A stretch of DNA of 64,000 nt, taken from contig CM082576.2 of the NCBI GenBank assembly GCA_040954595.2, positions 20,135,028 through 20,199,027 on the forward strand, given 5' to 3'. The stretch is from Balanoglossus misakiensis. Its lineage: Eukaryota > Animalia > Hemichordata. Positions 61,088 to 64,000 of this stretch are shown in pieces (position 1 is the first letter of the stretch; the number at the start of each line of letters is the position of its first letter). The notes beneath the pieces are model-generated. The model ran no database searches, was not told the DNA's origin, and was given only the letters and a program-made list of their open reading frames with translations. The translations under genes were made by a program, and so were the position numbers.

Positions 61088-64000
61088 GGCAACAGCAGGA
61101 AGTGTCTGAGTCGGATTCCGACAATGAAGAGCGTTCAAACAAAAAGAAACCACGTGACCACGAAAGTGATGAAATGTATGTTAAAATGACTGCGATGTTG
61201 AAAGCGATGCAATTACAACAGGAACAGGTGAAGTTGGCTATGGAACAGCAACGAAAGGAACATGCCGCTGGAATGGAAGAGATCCGGAATGCTCGTGCAA
61301 CAATGATGGTCTCATCAAACGGCGTGTCTCGACCACGTGATGTTGCCGCACGGATTTCACAGGAACCAGACTCGAGACGAGGAACCCCAAATCAAAGTGA
61401 CGAACGAAGTGGAAACAAGAGTGGAGAAAAGCCATTCACTTGCTACAACTGCAATGGGGAAGGTCACATGTCACGTGAGTGCAAGCAGCCATGTGGTAGA
61501 TGTAAAGAAGAAGGACACACCTCTGCAAGTTGCCCAAAAAGAAAACGCGCATCTGTGAAAGCCAAGAGCATGACGGGAAGACGACGATGTGAAAAGAACC
61601 CAAAAAGAAAAGGTAAGCCAAGATCCATTGATGGACGGATTGTTGGTCCATTGAATGAGCAGTACGCCTTTGTGAATGGAAGGAAATGTTTGGCTCAAGT
61701 GGACACAGGATCACAAGTTACCATGATCAGTGAAGACTACTATCGTCGATACTTGTCCGATGTGCCATTCACTCCGTTGGATGAAGTTCTCGAGATCGCA
61801 GGTGTAACTGATGATGTTGTACAGTACGTTGGTGTGATAGAGGTTGAGGTTAGCTTCCCTAGTCACGTCTTCAATGATGATACCACTTTCAGTCTATTGG
61901 CACTGGTAGTGAAAGGAACTGAGAACAATGATCGAGTGCCGGTGTTGGCGGGAACCAACTGGTTGAATCGTTACATGACGATGAAGATGTTGAACGATGG
62001 TGGTAGGACAATGAGCAGGATGAAGCCAGTAGCGAGAAGGGCTATTGCAACCCTACGCGCTCGTGAACAGTTCTATGGACCATACGGAAACATGGGAGTA
62101 GTGCGAGCGGCAGTAAGCGAACGGGTGACACTGGAGCCACGTACTGCACATACCATTCGAGGGAGCATGAAGGCTGGTCCCAAAGGAGAGAAACATGAAG
62201 TGCTGTTAGGTGATGACTGTGACTGGAATGAACACAAAGGATGGACTCTGAACCCTATGGTGACGATCGCTGAGTGTGGGAAACGCTCGTCAGCCGTGCC
62301 TGTGGTAATAAAAAATGAAACTGACAAACCCATCGTCATCAAGCCGAGACAGGTTGTTGCTACAGTGAAGGCGGTACGAGGAATAGAAGTGCAGCCGCGA
62401 AGGGACACCAAGGATAATGGAATTCACGACAAACCTTTGGAAGCGAGAGAGGTGACGGTTGGAGGATTGTCCTTTGATGTGACCGGTTCACCGGTTGACC
62501 AGGATCAGATGATAAAGATACAGGATGTTCTGGAACGTAACATTGGATCATTTTCGACCAGTGACGGCGACCTAGGAAGATGTACGATCCACAAACATCA
62601 GATCAACTTGAAAGATGAACGTCCAGTCAAACAACCGTATCGTCGGATTCCTCCAGCTTTATATGACGAGATCCGAGTGCAGATAGGAGGAATGTTGGAC
62701 AATGGGGTGATACGACCATCAAAAAGTCCTTGGTCTTCTCCTCTCGTCCTTGTGGCAAAGAAAGACGGAACCACTCGTATATGTGTAGATTATAGACGTC
62801 TGAATGCGCAGACGACTCCTGACGCGTATGCTCTACCTCGTATTGAGGAGGGACTGGATGTTTTGAGTGGCGCGAAATGGTTTACATCGATCGACTTAAA
62901 AAGTGGATTTTGGCAAATAGCTATGTCGGAGAAGGACATCCCAAAGACAGCGTTTGCCACCCCATTCGGTTTCTACGAATTTGTTGTAATGCCCTTCGGA
63001 CTCATGAACGCCGGAGCTACATGTCAACGCGTCGTGGAACAATGTATAGGAGATTACAACATGAGGATTTGCATGGTCTACATGGATGATGTGATTATCT
63101 TTTCTGAAACATTCGAGGAACATGTGGACCGAGTTGACAAGGTTCTCAAGCGACTACGAGAATGTGACTTGAAGATAAAACATACCAAGTGTCAGCTTTT
63201 TCGCGAAAAGATAAAGTACTTGGGACATGTAGTGTCGTCAAATGGAGTTGAGACCGACCCCGACAAGACGGAGGCATTGAGGACATGGCCAGTACCCACC
63301 AACGTGAAAGAGCTGAGGACATTCTTAGGATTTACGGGGTATTACCGTAGATTCGTACAGGGATACTCATCGATTGCCCGACCATTGCACGCTTTGACCG
63401 TAGGTTACCCAACGAAGAGGAAAAATGGGGGAGAAAGGAAACGACCACCCCCATACCAGTGGACAGATGCGTGCCAGGAAGCCTTCGAGCTGATCATTGA
63501 CAAGCTGACTTCAGCTCCGGTTTTGGCCTACGCCGACTATACGCGACCGTTTGAGCTTCACACAGACGCGAGCTTGACAGGACTAGGAGCTGCCTTATAC
63601 CAGTCAATCGAAGAGGCAGATGGACGAGAAAGACTGCGACCAGTTGCGTATGCCAGCCGGAGCCTCACTGCCAGTGAGAAGAACTACCCGGCCCACAAGC
63701 TGGAATTTCTGGCTTTGAAATGGTCTGTTACGGAAAAGTTTCGTGATTACTGCTTTGGCAATGATGTCACGGTATTGACCGACAATAATCCACTGACATA
63801 CGTAGCAAGTACAGCGAAACTTGATGCGACAGGACAGAGGTGGTGGAATGCTTTATCTCAGTATAAATTGAAGATTCACTACCGACCCGGCCTAAGGAAT
63901 GGTGATGCGGACGGGCTCTCGCGACGACCCGATGGCAGAGCTCAAGGATTTGATGAGTCTGAGAGACGTTTCCAGGAAACTGTAGCGATGACTCCTGATG
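61057..64000 (+). CDS. Gypsy-2 Gag knuckle and Pol (protease, RT, RNase H), apparently open to the window end; missing from the ORF track
   Basis: Frame +1 carries CYNCNGEGHMSREC..CGRCKEEGHTSASC (61441), VDTGSQV (61699), CVDYRRLN, MPFGL, YMDD (63079), LHTDAS and DADGLSR. All motifs are in one frame. Confidence 0.9.

Larger units (their letters stand above)
58297..64000 (+). mobile_element. Second Ty3/Gypsy LTR retrotransposon, truncated by the window end
   Basis: The satellite breaks at gttgctaa|tgatacc; then a putative LTR, PBS and Gag-PR-RT-RH. Confidence 0.93.

Overview
Eukaryotic (animal, most likely marine invertebrate) heterochromatin-type window with no host protein-coding or structural RNA gene that I can recognise. 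The backbone is a head-to-tail macrosatellite of about 16 units (canonical unit ~2.05 kb). Each unit has an AT-rich part with three diverged ~330-340 bp subrepeats, a poly-C tract, a ~220 bp spacer, and an ordered array of 81-bp monomers alternating as 162-bp dimers. Insertions into it are: a full-length but defective BEL/Pao LTR retrotransposon (22700-28571, +); a defective Ty3/Gypsy element (33150-40351, -); a second Gypsy element with a 1.38-kb LTR that runs off the window (58297->64000, +); an 8.8-kb stack of non-autonomous Helentron-like (HINE) elements (41372-50172); and, at the left edge, a nested pile (DNA-transposon end > L1/Tx1 fragment > HINEs). The most unusual object is a 904-bp non-coding insertion (45280-46183). 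Its ends and long hairpin would, in an excised single-stranded circle, fold into one recombination-site-like stem, and it sits in a target that mimics its own terminus. Family assignments are from motif recognition only; no database search was run.
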